Source: Trichodelitschia bisporula
Taxonomy: Eukaryota
Reading direction: 5' to 3'
Assembly (NCBI GenBank): GCA_010356995.1
Contig: ML996701.1
Coordinates: 186,001-250,000, forward strand
DNA: 64,000 bases
A program made the position numbers and the translations under genes. Each line of letters begins with the position of its first letter. Position 1 is the first letter of the stretch. Under the pieces are notes generated by a model. The model was not told where the DNA came from and did no database searches. It saw only the letters and a list, made by a program, of their open reading frames with translations. Shown here in pieces: positions 22,289-35,066 of the stretch.

Positions 22289-24058
22289 ATGGTTTTACCC
22301 TCCATTTGGCGCCTGGCGGCTCTCGGATGGGCAGCACAGGTCGCCGGCCTTCCTTCAAATGTTCAGAGTGGAAGCCTCAACACGAGGCAAGCTTGCACGA
22401 ACACCCCTACGACCAGAAACTGTTGGTCAAACGGGTTCAGTTCCAGCACCGACATCACCACCGACTGGCCCAAGACTGGCCAAACCAACACGTACGACCT
22501 ACGCATCACCAATACCACCTGCAGCCCTGATGGGCATTCCACGAAGATGTGCCAGCTCATCAACGGCCAATACCCTGGACCCACCATCCGTGCCAATTGG
22601 GGCGACCGCCTTCGGATTGTCGTGCACAACGATATGCCGGACAACGGTACAAGCATCCACTGGCACGGCTTCCGCCAGCTGAACACGTGCCAGAATGATG
22701 GTACTAACGGCATCACCGAATGTCCCATTGCCCCGGGGTCGACCAAGACTTACGAATTCGTTGCCACCCAGTACGGCACCACCTGGTACCACAGCCACCA
22801 CTCGGCGCAGTATGGAGAAGGCGTCGTTGGAACGGTCATCATCGACGGCCCCACGACTGCCAACTACGATGTCGACCTCGGTACCCTTCCGCTGACTGAC
22901 TGGTACTACAACCAGACATGGATGCTGCTGTCAAGAGTCGTCAACTTTGGTGCCGTCCCACAGCCTGATACCATCCTTGTCAACGGCACGATGGTCGACG
23001 GCGCCGGAAACGGCCACTACCAGACCCTAAACGTCCAAACGGGAAAGAAGTACAAATTCCGACTTATCAACACATCTGTCGATCAGCAGCTTCACGTTTC
23101 GCTAGACAACCACCCGTTCACCGTCGTCGCGGCCGACTTTGTTGCCATCAAGCCATTCAATACGACTGACCTGATGATTGGAATTGGCCAACGGTACGAA
23201 GTCATCATCACCGCAGACCAAGCGGTCGACAACTACTGGCTGCGTGTCACCTCTGGAACTCAGTGCAATGGTGCCCCAAGGATTTACGGGAACACGAGCT
23301 TGGTCGTCGGCGGTATTCTCCACTACGAAGGCGCATCATCCAGTAATCCGACGTCGACCAGCTTCAATATCAGTACCGATTGTCTCGACGAATCATTTGA
23401 GCCATTCGTCGAGCACACTGTCCCGTCCGACACATTCGCCTCCCAGCTCGGAGAACTTGACCTCTCTTTCGACAGGACCATCATCCGCTGGAGCATCGAC
23501 GGATCACCTATCGACGTCGACTGGGAGCGCCCGACGCTCGACTACGTGCAGGACAACGACACGGCGTACACAACAAGCATGCGCGTTTTTGAAATGACGC
23601 AACCCAACGCCTGGTACTTCTGGGTGATCCGCAACTTTGATGGGATCCCCATCCCGCACCCTATCCACCTCCACGGCCACGATTTCTACAAGCTCGGCTC
23701 GGGCACTGGCGACTTCCCGGGCACCATCTCCGCCCTCGACTTTGACAACCCGATCCGCCGCGATGTGGCCATGCTCCCGGCCCGGGGCTGGCTCGTAATC
23801 GCCATGCCGGCCGACAATCCCGGCGCCTGGCTCTGCCACTGCCACATCGCCTGGCACGTGTCCCAAGGCTTCGGACTGCAGTTTCTGGAGCGTAAGCAGG
23901 ATATTCTGGGTGCTATAGGCAGCCTCGATAGCATGAACGAGGGTTGCATTGAGTGGGAGAGGTACTGGGATAGCCCCAACCGGCCATACAAGAAGGAGGA
24001 CTCGGGGCTGCGTTCTGTAGGCCCCACAGACATTTCTGGTCCTGGAGCCGGCGTTTAA
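22289..24058 (+). CDS. Secreted ascomycete laccase (multicopper oxidase, CAZy AA1), intronless
   Basis: Signal/propeptide MVLPSIWRLAALGWAAQVAG...LNTR; copper motifs HWHG, WYHSH, HPIHLHGH, HCHIAWH; asco-laccase DSGL near the C-terminus. Confidence 0.95.
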   Translation: MVLPSIWRLAALGWAAQVAGLPSNVQSGSLNTRQACTNTPTTRNCWSNGFSSSTDITTDWPKTGQTNTYDLRITNTTCSPDGHSTKMCQLINGQYPGPTIRANWGDRLRIVVHNDMPDNGTSIHWHGFRQLNTCQNDGTNGITECPIAPGSTKTYEFVATQYGTTWYHSHHSAQYGEGVVGTVIIDGPTTANYDVDLGTLPLTDWYYNQTWMLLSRVVNFGAVPQPDTILVNGTMVDGAGNGHYQTLNVQTGKKYKFRLINTSVDQQLHVSLDNHPFTVVAADFVAIKPFNTTDLMIGIGQRYEVIITADQAVDNYWLRVTSGTQCNGAPRIYGNTSLVVGGILHYEGASSSNPTSTSFNISTDCLDESFEPFVEHTVPSDTFASQLGELDLSFDRTIIRWSIDGSPIDVDWERPTLDYVQDNDTAYTTSMRVFEMTQPNAWYFWVIRNFDGIPIPHPIHLHGHDFYKLGSGTGDFPGTISALDFDNPIRRDVAMLPARGWLVIAMPADNPGAWLCHCHIAWHVSQGFGLQFLERKQDILGAIGSLDSMNEGCIEWERYWDSPNRPYKKEDSGLRSVGPTDISGPGAGV

Positions 24059-24675
24059 GTTGCCTGGAGATCAATTTCACCGATCATACTGAGGCTGAAC
24101 TCCCGGAGGCCAGTGCAACTGAAGGCGGCTTTAAGCCGCATTAGGCGATATCATCATGGTACGACAAGTTTCAGACCACTCACACCGACTAAGCAACATT
24201 ACTGCCTCATTGTGCTTTAACGTTTAATCTTGTTTGGCGTTGTCTCTTCACTTTTACCGTATATATCCGTTCGAGCTTCAATCTCTTGTCAGTCGCTACT
24301 AAAAACATAATAACTGTTGCTTTTGAGGCGTACTTTGGCATTGACCGAATTGCATTGCCGCTGTTGTGTTGTCTCTTTGGGTGGCTGACGGAGAACGTTC
24401 GCCTTGATTTGCCCCACCTCCCCACACCCCGCACTCTCGCCCCCAGCCCCATGCAACTCTGCCATCCCCGCCACATGTAAGGCGGCGCTAACAGCTTGAG
24501 CTCCAGTTACCCCACACGCCGATCGAGTTATTACGAACGCCATCCCGAGGCTCATGGCGTCCAACATGATTACCTCCATGGCTCATGTCATCTTAAGGCC
24601 GGCACACCCGCCTCGAGGCGACCCAAAAGCGTCGCGTCTCCCTTCCTTCACATCTCACCCTCCTCGTCCTGCAAA

Positions 24676-26527
24676 ATGCCTTCCTCCCAGGGACCCATCG
24701 CTTCTGAGCGTACCATCGCTGAGCGCGTGGGCAATCAGACGATATATCGCGCCGACATCGACATCCCGATCCCGGAACTAGATGTCCTGTCCTTCCTCTT
24801 CGGTACTACCCTAGCGTCCCTCCTTTACCGAGTGAAACTGATCCAGATAAGATAATCCTGGCTGTAATACAAGATCTGAGGACGCCCCGGTGCATATCGA
24901 CGCCGCGAATCCGGAGAATAGGGTCACGAAAGCCCAGGCCCGCGACCTTGTGCGCCGCATCGCGCACGCACTGCGCACTCGCTTCGGCGTTGGTAATGGT
25001 ACAATCGTCACGGCGCTTAGCACAGGGAGCTATGTCCTCCCTAATGTCTTCTACGGCGTCGTAGCTGCGGAAGGGGTCTATTCGGCGGTGCCGGCATCGG
25101 CGACAGTCGAGGAGCTGGTGCGCTTTGTGAAGGGAGCGCCGAGCGAGATTATCATTTGCAGTGATGATGTGAAGCCCACGGCGCTTGAGGCGGCTCGCGT
25201 TTGCGGAATCCCGATGTCAAAGGTGCTGGTCATCGACGCGGGTGCAAAGCCGGCATTAAGAGTGGCTGACACAGGGGAGAACGTGCTCGGGAATGAAATT
25301 CTCGAGTGGCCGAGGCTGAAGGGAGAGAAGCTGGAAACCCCAGTGTGCCTGGTTTACTCGAGCGGGACGACGGGCCTGCCGAAGGGTAAGCACTGCGTTC
25401 CGGATGATCTTAGTCCTGAATAATTACTAACATCAGACAGGCGTTACCCTTAATCATTGCAATATGGTTGCTGAGTGCGTAATTGCTATCGACCAGATGC
25501 GATCTCAGATGGACCACCTCGCGCCAGACATGGGATACAGGACACTCGGTCATCTGCCGACGGCCCACATTGCCGGCATGCAGGGATACTTTATCAACCC
25601 CTTTTACGCTGGCGGGCCCACGTACTGGATGGCGAAATTCGATTTCGCCAAATTCCTCGAATACATGAAGCGGTACCAAATCACCTGTCTGTTCACAGTC
25701 CCACCGATATACCTTCTCATTGCGAAGAGCCCAGTCGTTACGGATCAGCTGGTGCATTTGCGGCACGCGATTGCCGGTGCTGCACCACTAGGGAAGGAGC
25801 TACAGATGGAGGCAAGCAGGAAGCTTGGAGGCGGGAAGACGTTCATCGTCCAGACCTGGGGCCTGAGCGAGTCGACTGGCAGCGCCACTCTGTTGAACTT
25901 TCAAGAGCAGGATGATACTGGCAGCATCGGGCGTCTCCTTCCTAGCATAACCGCACGGTTTGTATGCCCTCCTTTGCAAAGAAGTTACTCATGTATAACA
26001 GTTTGGTTGACGACAATGACGTTGATGCCCCTCCCAACACCCCCGGCGAGATCCTTCTCAAGGGCCCAATCATCTTCCGCAGCTACCACCGCAACCCTAC
26101 CGCCACGAACGAAGCTTTTACGCCGGATGGTTGGTTCCGCACTGGAGACGTTGGTGTCTTCCGCGACGGCCTGTTCTACATTATCGACCGTAAAAAGGAG
26201 CTCATCAAGTACAAGGGCCTACAAGTCGCTCCTGCCGAGCTGGAGGACCTCCTGGTGTCCCACCCGCTCATCCTCGACGCAGCCGTTATCGGCGTACCCC
26301 AGGGTCACACCGAGGTGCCACGCGCCTACGTGGTTGCGGACCGAAGCAAGATATCCGCGGCGGAAATCGAGGCGTTTGTCAAGGACCGGTTGGCGAGTTA
26401 TAAGCAGCTGCGTGGCGGAGTTGTATTTCTTGATGCTATTCCCAAGAGCCCTTCGGGCAAGATCATGCGAAAGGATTTGCGCGAGCTGGCGAAGAAAGAG
26501 TCTAGAGAGACCGGCGCAAAGTTGTAG
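24676..26527 (+). CDS. 4-coumarate-CoA-ligase-like / acyl-CoA synthetase (AMP-binding), peroxisomal PTS1, 4 exons
   Basis: YSSGTTGLPKG, QTWGLSE, GEILLKGP, GWFRTGD, DRKKELIKYKGLQVAPAELE, IPKSPSGKI; ends -AKL. Introns near 24.80-24.87, 25.39-25.44 and 25.96-26.00 kb. Confidence 0.92.
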
Positions 26528-29500
26528 ATAGCACAGTAGGAGCTGGTGTTCGGGTTCAGGGTGTAGTTGAATGCCTTCTAGATTAGGGAGAAGTTGTTAG
26601 TTCTAAGTGCCTTGGACGCACGATATATTACATATCTTGATAACCTCAAAAGGGTTTTTCATCATGTTCGAGGGGGCATTCGTATGTGAAAATGCAGTTA
26701 GACCTTCTCATCTTATGGTCCTGACGAACACCGTCTTTCAGTTGAACCAGAAGAATGGAGTCGACTCCTAAGTGAACCTAAGCTAACGGCAGGGGCGTGT
26801 TCTGCTAGGAATGATGCGCACACCCCAAAAATTTGAGATACACACCTTCCATGCACACTCCTAAATCCAGTCAACTGTGGACCAAAGATTCCGACAAACG
26901 GCAGCTAGTCACCCTATCAAATCTGCACAGACGTTGCAGTTGAATAATACCTTTTTATATACCATAGGGCAAACCATGTGTTAAAGAGCTCGCCTCGTCG
27001 GACACGTATTCAATGATACAGAAACAATTTCGATTCTCCTATATCCCATGAGCGCATCGCGACCATTAAGGTCATCTTTATCTCGACCTCAGCACTTGAC
27101 GCGGTCTCGGCCCATACTAGTTCTAGTCGTTGTGTATCTCGGGTAAGTATCATGGGGTTCGAGGGGTGTGAGCCCAGTTGTTACCCTAGAATGATTCAAG
27201 GCTTGAGAGTTGAGGGCAAAAAATTAAGAAGTGTACTCGCTCTTCAACTGGTAGGTACATTGAGGCCGGTTAAATTTAGCCGATGAGGTAACCCGTTGTC
27301 ATCACCAGAGCAAATCACATCGAATTGCGACGTACAGTTTTTGAAGGCTCAAATTATTCACGCTCTGTCGGTACAACGGGGAGAGCTTTCTGCAAATAAA
27401 TCTTATAGCATAAGCCCAAGTTAAGGAGAATCATTAGGTACATATAAAGAAAACCCCCGACATACGCAACCGTGGCACTCAAACGCCCACACGGAGAATA
27501 AAAAGCTATTATAGACGATGAGCTTAGAAAGAGTATCAGCTCACAATCACGCAAAGAAATTCGATGAATCTGTCAAGCGAGATTTCAAAGTAAGTGCGCT
27601 TGTAGACCGAGTTCGCTTATCGATGAATCGCTAGTAGTGGTCGCATTGTTCCCGGAGCCTGTCGGCTTACAACATAAAAGTGGCGGCTTATGTATGACCT
27701 TTTTCTCCTTCTCCGGCGTGATACGGGCAACCAGGCTAAGGATGTTAAGATGTTTGCAGACATTCGTCGTCAGTAACGTTTACGCCCTAATTATCATTAG
27801 TTTCTTCCTAATTAGAAACAAGATAATTGGTAAAAGGGCCCGTGCCACCCTGTCTTAATATACGCGAGGGTGTTGCAAGGAGAAATGTTACTTTACACAA
27901 GGGATATGGACAGCCGATGATTGGCCACGGACATGTCCGCTAAAACCGATGACTGACGTTGTCGCTCATAATTCACGTTTCACCGACGATTTGAAAAATC
28001 ACATACAACATCCGTTTTGCCCCGGCCGCTCAGCGGCAAGGTCCCATTATAATTCAGCATTGATACAATATTATCATATTCAGTCATGCGACGTGAAGGA
28101 GTTCAGAAATCTATCTTCATTTTGATTTGACGATGAAGTCAGTAATAATTAACCCGATATACTCTTAGGAAATCTGTTAATCAACTGCATTTTAAGATGA
28201 ATTTATAGCAATATTGGCTGGCAATTGCTGGCGTCTAAGAAATTTGGCGGCTTCAAAATCGCTGAATCCGGAGTGTGTGTCCAGCAAAATGTAGGGGTTG
28301 AACTGAAGTATCTTCTGGAGTGCATTGGACTTTTCCTGGTGATTTGCTATATAGAGGCGTGTGCATGTAAGGTGCGTATTCCAAGTGCTTTTGGGGTGCG
28401 CGCCGACTCCATTCGTAAGTTTTCACACCATGCTGTAGTGGTGCTTTGGTCAACCTAAAAATACACTAGCCAGCTGCTGTAGTGTCTGGCATTTTTACAG
28501 CTTGTACAAGTGCCTCAATTACCCGTCAATGAGGTTATGCTCCTAGGAGCCTGCGTGACAGCGGATAAAGAATCACTACATATGCATGAAGGAATGGCTC
28601 CCAAAGTCCAATATAATGCAGTTGATTGCCGCCCCTGCATTTCAAGGTTAGATCAACAAAACTACAGGTATACAAAGTTCAACCCACGGCTGCTGGCTCA
28701 GAACTTAGACCATCAAAGGCATTGTCAGACATTGAGACGAACCAAATGGCCTTGGCTCCCCAGCGCTGAGAATAACAATTCTCAGGATGATAAGACAATA
28801 CTTGCAAGCACCCGTTGAGGAGAAGCTCATTCTCCTTTGCTATTCTTTCCCTCGTGTGAGCCTGCCTACTCGCATCCAGTTAACGTCTCGTTGGTTAAAT
28901 GTAAATAAGCGGCCTTGATACCCCAAAGCATGGAGCTCGTCACAAAATTAGGGAACTATTAGGCGCATATCAGGAAGCTTTGAGATACGTATCTTACCTG
29001 TACACCCTCCGATCCAGCCGACCGTAAGAGAAAGTTGTTACGTTTTTTAACGGTTGCTCTTCCATATAGATACTGATATGCTTAAGGTATGCCTTCGGAT
29101 ACGCTCTAGTTTTTAAAGGGGGTAAACTGCCAGTGTGGGGCATTGTTAATATAACCCGTCCTTTCCAAGACAGGTAATACAGCAGTAAATTGCAGTTGAC
29201 TTTGCAGTTGACTTTTGGATAGAGGGTAGGACAAAATTTTCAATTTTGAGTAATACATGTTAACCCTTAGCCTCATTGTAGCAAACAATTAGGCGCGCAT
29301 GCCCAAGACCGAAGATACATACATTCTATGCATACCCCCCAGCCCCGTCAATCGAAGGAGTGTAGGGTTGGGAAATGCACCCCCACAAAATCATTTTCCT
29401 TAACGTCCGGCCAATACGAGATTTGTACTATTAAAGAAACTTGTATGGGTGGCTTTAAAAAATACTAGGTTGGTGCTTTCTTTAAAAACCTTCTCCTCTA

Positions 29501-30761
29501 ATAACTGAACCAGAGGGTTGTGTATGTAGGATGTGCACCTGACCTTTTTTTGGTGTACCTAATGGTTCCTGAGAGTGATAGAGAGGAGATACAAGAGGAG
29601 AGAGCCCAGAGAATTCCGCAGAACATTAAAACACTCAAGAGATATTTGGGAAAAGGAATTCAGTTGGTCCCGGACTGTATGGAGGTCCTAGAACCTTACA
29701 CTTAGAGACGGCGGACTGTAGAAAGTCGCTGTGGTTGGGCACTAAAGGTAACAAAGTTTTCTAATTTATTGCAATCCTTATCCCCTACGATAGGCTTGTG
29801 GTGAAGCTTGGCAATTAAGTGCCCGGCTGAACAAAACATCTGTAGCATCTAACCCCACATATTGTAACTGGATTGCAGCAAAGCAGTACCATCGTGCAAG
29901 TTGTAGGCCTACGACCTCTTTCAACAATCTCTTATAATGTCGGGGCGTGTATTTAAGGTGGGTAACCTGGGACTTTAGGCCACCTCTAACAGTTTCCTCT
30001 ATGCGGTCCGCAATTCTGTGTAATAAAACTTCTTTGTTACCTTATTAACCGATATCATCCATTCACATCAGGATGTCGGAAGCTGAATCACGGACGTAGC
30101 CTAGGACTATGCACCATCTCTGGGAGTCCCTTCAGGTCGCAAAGCTTATTGAGGAATTATGGTCCTCGGGAATATACCGAGCCCAGCCTTTCCAGCAACC
30201 CCCCGCTCTAAAAGAATATATACCGGCATGATCACAGTCTCAACCTTTGGAGTCCTTAGAGAGGGGCGCTTCAATTCTCAGCTTCATGTACAAGATAATT
30301 GCTAGAAATCCACATTCAAGGCCCTTTCGCAGCTAGTTAATCTCCAACGGAGAGAGGAAGAGAGTGCACTATTTGACGACATATCTCACCATAAGTCGTC
30401 ATTTCAGGTTCCGAAAACAATTTATTGGGCTTTAGACCGGCGCGGCAAACATTGCTGAATAACCAAAAAATAAACTCGTTACTAGAAGGAGCTGATGGCT
30501 AGATGGCCATAACTATGCAGTGTAAACGGCGCAATGGACACAGCTTACCGACTAGCGAGACATCTTTTAAGCATAGCATGTGCGACATAAATAGCATATA
30601 TACCTTGTCGAGAATCTGGTACTTCAAGAGAGGTAGCAAGAGTACTCGAATGCATGGGGCAATCTTGCTGCGAAGCGCTATGCGCATAATCCCTTACACC
30701 GCTGCGGTTCAAGCAGCGGTTTAAAAAAGAGTCTCGGGGCTGGAGTATATGCTGCGGTTTA

Positions 30762-32819
30762 TTGGACCTAGTAGGGGCCTACGACCGAGTCTCCCATGAA
30801 ATACGGCTTCACACACTGAGGCAAACCGGGATCGCTGGGAAAATTGTCCGGTTCATCGGCAGCTTCCTCACGGAACGAACCACCACCCTCACCTTCAGCG
30901 GATTCAAAAGCAACCCTATCCAAACGCAAACTGGAATCCCTCAAGGCTCCCCCCTCTCCCCATCCTCTTCCTCATCTACGCAAAAGGACTCCTAGAAACA
31001 TTCGAGAAGCCCAATCCCACCGCACCACAGCTTTTGGGTTTGTAGACGACACATACCTCATGACTTCCGGAACCTCCGCGGAAGCCAACTGCAGGAGACT
31101 AGAAGAAGCTCACGACGCATGCATCGAGTGGGCGAACAGACACGGCGCAGGCTTTGCCCCAGAAAAATACAAGCTGATCCATTTCACAAACAAAAGGCAA
31201 ACGCCCACTGCCACAACAAACATCGAGGGAATCGCAACCCCTCCGGTTCAGTCCCTAAGGATCCTCGGAGTATGGGTCGACCCAAAACTCAAACGGAAAG
31301 CCCACGTCAAGGTGACAGCCGAAAAAGCAATGAAAAACTTCAACGCGTTAAGTAGGCTATCCGCCTCGGTGGCAGGCCCAAGTCTCAACCTCACACGCCT
31401 CATTTATGTGTCTACGGTCCGAGCAATCATGGCCTATGCCTGCAGGGTATGGGCCTACGATCTCCCAAAACGACTTTGAAGATCATTGAAGCTGTACAGA
31501 ACGAGTGCCTCCGAAGAACCACCGGGGGGTTCCGGAGGGCCCCAACAGCAGCACTGGAAAAGGAAGCGGGAATTCCCCCGTTAGGCCTGTACCTAAGAAA
31601 GATAGCCTACTGGCAATCAATCGAACACCACGACGAGGACGAGGAGAAATTCATCAGGAAACGCACACGAGCCTACTGGGCCGGAACTACCCCGCGAAGA
31701 GGCCGGAGGCCCCCAGAACCCACATACCCTGAAGACAAAATGCTCATGGAAGCGAAGGCGATTGTGGCAGCGGCAGACCCCTCTCAGGCGCCAAGAACGA
31801 TCTTTGGCGACTGGGAGAACCAAGAATGGGAAGCCCTGTGGAGAACCAACGGATAGAAACAGGCACCAGCCTGGCACACTCCCTGGAAGGAATACGTCCC
31901 CAACCTCCATGGTGGACTACTGAAGGCCAACAGCGCCGTAGCAACACAACTNNNNNNNNNNNNNNNNNNNNNNNNNNNNNNNNNNNNNNNNNNNNNNNNN
32001 NNNNNNNNNNNNNNNNNNNNNNNNNNNNNNNNNNNNNNNNNNNNNNNNNNNNNNNNNNNNNNNNNNNNNNNNNNNNNNNNNNNNNNNNNNNNGGAAAAAA
32101 GCCGCCCACACCCCACGAACTGTATATAAATCCACAATCTCCTAGCGAGACTGGAAGGGAACCGGATGAAAGCGAGCCACCACAAAGCTGACGGCCCGCA
32201 GCCGGAACCCCCCAGGAACCCCAAGAGAGCCGGAAAAGCTCAATACAACGGAGGCCACAGCCCTCTCCCCAACCACAAACACAACATACTAGGACAACAT
32301 ACTAGGACTAGCAATAACACCAGTCTACCCACACGTGAAGAAGAGCGGATTCAACACCACCCTTGCTACCAGGAACCGGATCTCCCCCAAAGAGGAGCCC
32401 CCCTCCCCCCCCCCCTGGCGGCCTCCGTACACAACCTGGCATTCTTCAATTTCCTTCCTCTCCTTCTCTCTTTCGATCACATGACCTAGAATCACGGGAT
32501 CTGCGTTGCTGTAGGCTTTCGGCGTGTTTGGAGTTTAATTAGGATATGGAGTGTTTCTCAGTTTTTCGGCGTGCAGCCAAGTTCTCGCTTGGGACAAACA
32601 GGAATGGTGCAAAGAAAAGACGATAAACACATGTAAAAGGCGTGGGGCTCACATGCCCCTCTCCAAAGGACGACTTCCAGGGCTTTTCCTCAACCCTTTC
32701 AGGGAGGGTTTTTGCCGTGTAGAACCAAAGAAATTGGTCAAACCCACTCCTAAAGTGGTGAGACCCGACCATACGGCTAGCTAAAACAAGCCTGGGCGTA
32801 ATCAAGCTATTATCATTAT
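30762..32819 (+). mobile_element. 5'-truncated, degenerate non-LTR retrotransposon (LINE, Tad1-like) with 14-bp TSD
   Basis: RT motifs DLVGAYDRV, GIPQGSPLSP, FVDD, LRILGVWVDPKL with frameshifts and a stop; (TAT)n-like 3' tail; TATGCTGCGGTTTA duplicated at 30748-30761 and 32820-32833. Internal N gap 31952-32092. Confidence 0.92.
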
Positions 32820-33579
32820 TATGCTGCGGTTTACGCTAACTAGCCCACTATTTAGAGGGCAAGGTTTTCTTACAGCTCCTTTTGGTAATAAATGATGTTC
32901 TTCGATTAGTCCGCCAGTTAGCGTGAACACCGTCATGAAGCGCAGGCCCAAGACTATTCTGAACCCCGGCTTGGACCCCAGCTATCAGAGGTAGTCGTAT
33001 TTTCCAGCCGCTTTGGAAGCCGAGTCAAATGTGTGGAAAGCCAAAGGTATCCCTCGAGCGATAGCGGTATAATTGACTTTAGCATTCCACATACAATCGG
33101 ACACGCCTACAGGTTAATAGCTCCCTTCTGGTAGTCATTATACGTAAGCAGTCATGATGCGTATACCCCAAAAAATCCTGGTCACGCGCATATAACGCAT
33201 ACCCATATTAAGTCCAGCCAATCAAAGACGGGGTTGTTTGGCAGCATCAACGGTTGCTATAGAGTACTAGCAGGTGCCAGCAAATCGTAATATCAAGACT
33301 ACCGAAGCTTCTTAGTACATCCATTACATTTCCTTTCAATGCACCCAAAAAATAACTGAACTTGTGAGCTCTTCAGAGCACATTCCATACTATATATATC
33401 GTCGATAATACCTACCTAATATGAGTATAGTGCAATTTAAACCTAGACGTTAGAACATGGTAGGTCATAACAGTTACCAGCCGGAGGCACGTACATGAGC
33501 GTACTGTGGACTGTTAAGCTATGCGCCGGATAACTCCCTTCCATAAATGCGCCTTAAGCCTGAGATGTACCTACACGCA

Positions 33580-34613
33580 AACCAAGAATGGGAAGCCCTG
33601 TGGAGAACCAACGGATACAAACAGGCACCAGCCTGGCACACTCCCTGGAAGGAATACGTCCCCAACCTCCATGGTGGACTACTGAAGGCCAACAGCGCCG
33701 TAGCAACACAACTNNNNNNNNNNNNNNNNNNNNNNNNNNNNNNNNNNNNNNNNNNNNNNNNNNNNNNNNNNNNNNNNNNNNNNNNNNNNNNNNNNNNNNN
33801 NNNNNNNNNNNNNNNNNNNNNNNNNNNNNNNNNNNNNNNNNNNNNNNNNNNNNNNNNNNNNNNNNNNNNNNNNNNNNNNNNNNNNNNNNNNNNNNNNNNN
33901 NNNNNNNNNNNNNNNNNNNNNNNNNNNNNNNNNNNNNNNNNNNNNNNNNNNNNNNNNNNNNNNNNNNNNNNNNGGAAAAAAGCCGCCCACACCCCACGAA
34001 CTGTATATAAATCCACAATCTCCTAGCGAGACTGGAAGGGAACCGGATGAAAGCGAGCCACCACAAAGTTAACGGCCCGCATCCGGAACCCCCTAGGAAC
34101 CCTAAGAGAGCTGGAAAAGCTCAATAAGAAGAGCGGATTCAACACTACACTTGCTACCAGGAACCGGATCTCCCCCAAAGAGGAGCCGCCGCCCCCCCCC
34201 CCCTGGCGGCCTCCGGACACAACCTGGCATTCTTCAATTTCCTTCCTCTCCTTCTCTCTTTCGATCACATGACCTAGAATCACGGGATCTGCGTTGCTGT
34301 AGGCGTTCGGCGTTTATGGGGTTTAATTGGGATATGGAGTGTTTCTCAGTTTCTCGGCGTGCAGCCAAGTTCTCGCTTGGGACACACAAGAATGGTGCAA
34401 AAAGACGATAAACACATGTAAACGGCGTGGGGCTCACATGCCCCTCTCCAAAGGACGACTTCCAGGGCTTTTCCTCAACCCTTCCAGGGAGGGCTTTTGC
34501 CGTGTAGAGCCAAAGAACTTGGTCAAACCCACTCCTAAAGTGGTGAGACCCGACCATACGGCTAGCTAAAACAAGCCTGGGCGTAATCAAGCTATTATTA
34601 TGATTATTATTAT
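33580..34613 (+). mobile_element. Second, more truncated copy of the same LINE (3' end only)
   Basis: Aligns to ~31818-32819 with a ~93-bp deletion; ends TATTATTATGATTATTATTAT; N gap 33714-33973; no TSD seen. Confidence 0.9.
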
Positions 34614-34788
34614 ATATTCGATTTACCTCCAGGGCGGCTCCCAAAGGTCCATTCAGAAGGCTAGTTAAGCTAGTTGCTAGATACAAATTGGGTTATACCA
34701 AGTCAAACCCCTCTCATGGGAGAAAATCCCTTTTAAATCCCTCCTTTCACTGACCAGCCAGCCTCCGGCGGGCGTCTGGAATACGGTC

Positions 34789-34932
34789 GTACTGCTGGCG
34801 TCCTCACTGCCGTCTCCGTTACTAGGGGACGAATTAGAGGGCTAATTCTTTCATAGCTCCGTTCTGCTGTGGAAATCTGCTCTCTGATTGGTGTGCTACA
34901 AACGAGGACGCCAGCGAGGACACCAGCAGTAC
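34789..34932. mobile_element. MITE-like element (~140 bp) with terminal inverted repeats
   Basis: GTACTGCTGGCGTCCTCACTGCCGTC versus GACGCCAGCGAGGACACCAGCAGTAC (3 mismatches in 26); TA at both ends; no coding capacity. Confidence 0.65.
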
Positions 34933-35066
34933 ACGGGATAAACAAGACCAGCCATTAAAAAATGGCGATGCTTAGGTCATGTGCACATATTGAATTGAGC
35001 AAATTATTTTATTGGGTCCCAAACAAACTTTGTAGCAGAATGCCACAGTTTACACGTGTGAATCGG

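Noticed and set aside
26600..30700. Short ORFs in the gene-poor tract
   Set aside because: No recognisable domains or consistent splice models; probably decayed TE or intergenic DNA, but no element could be delimited.
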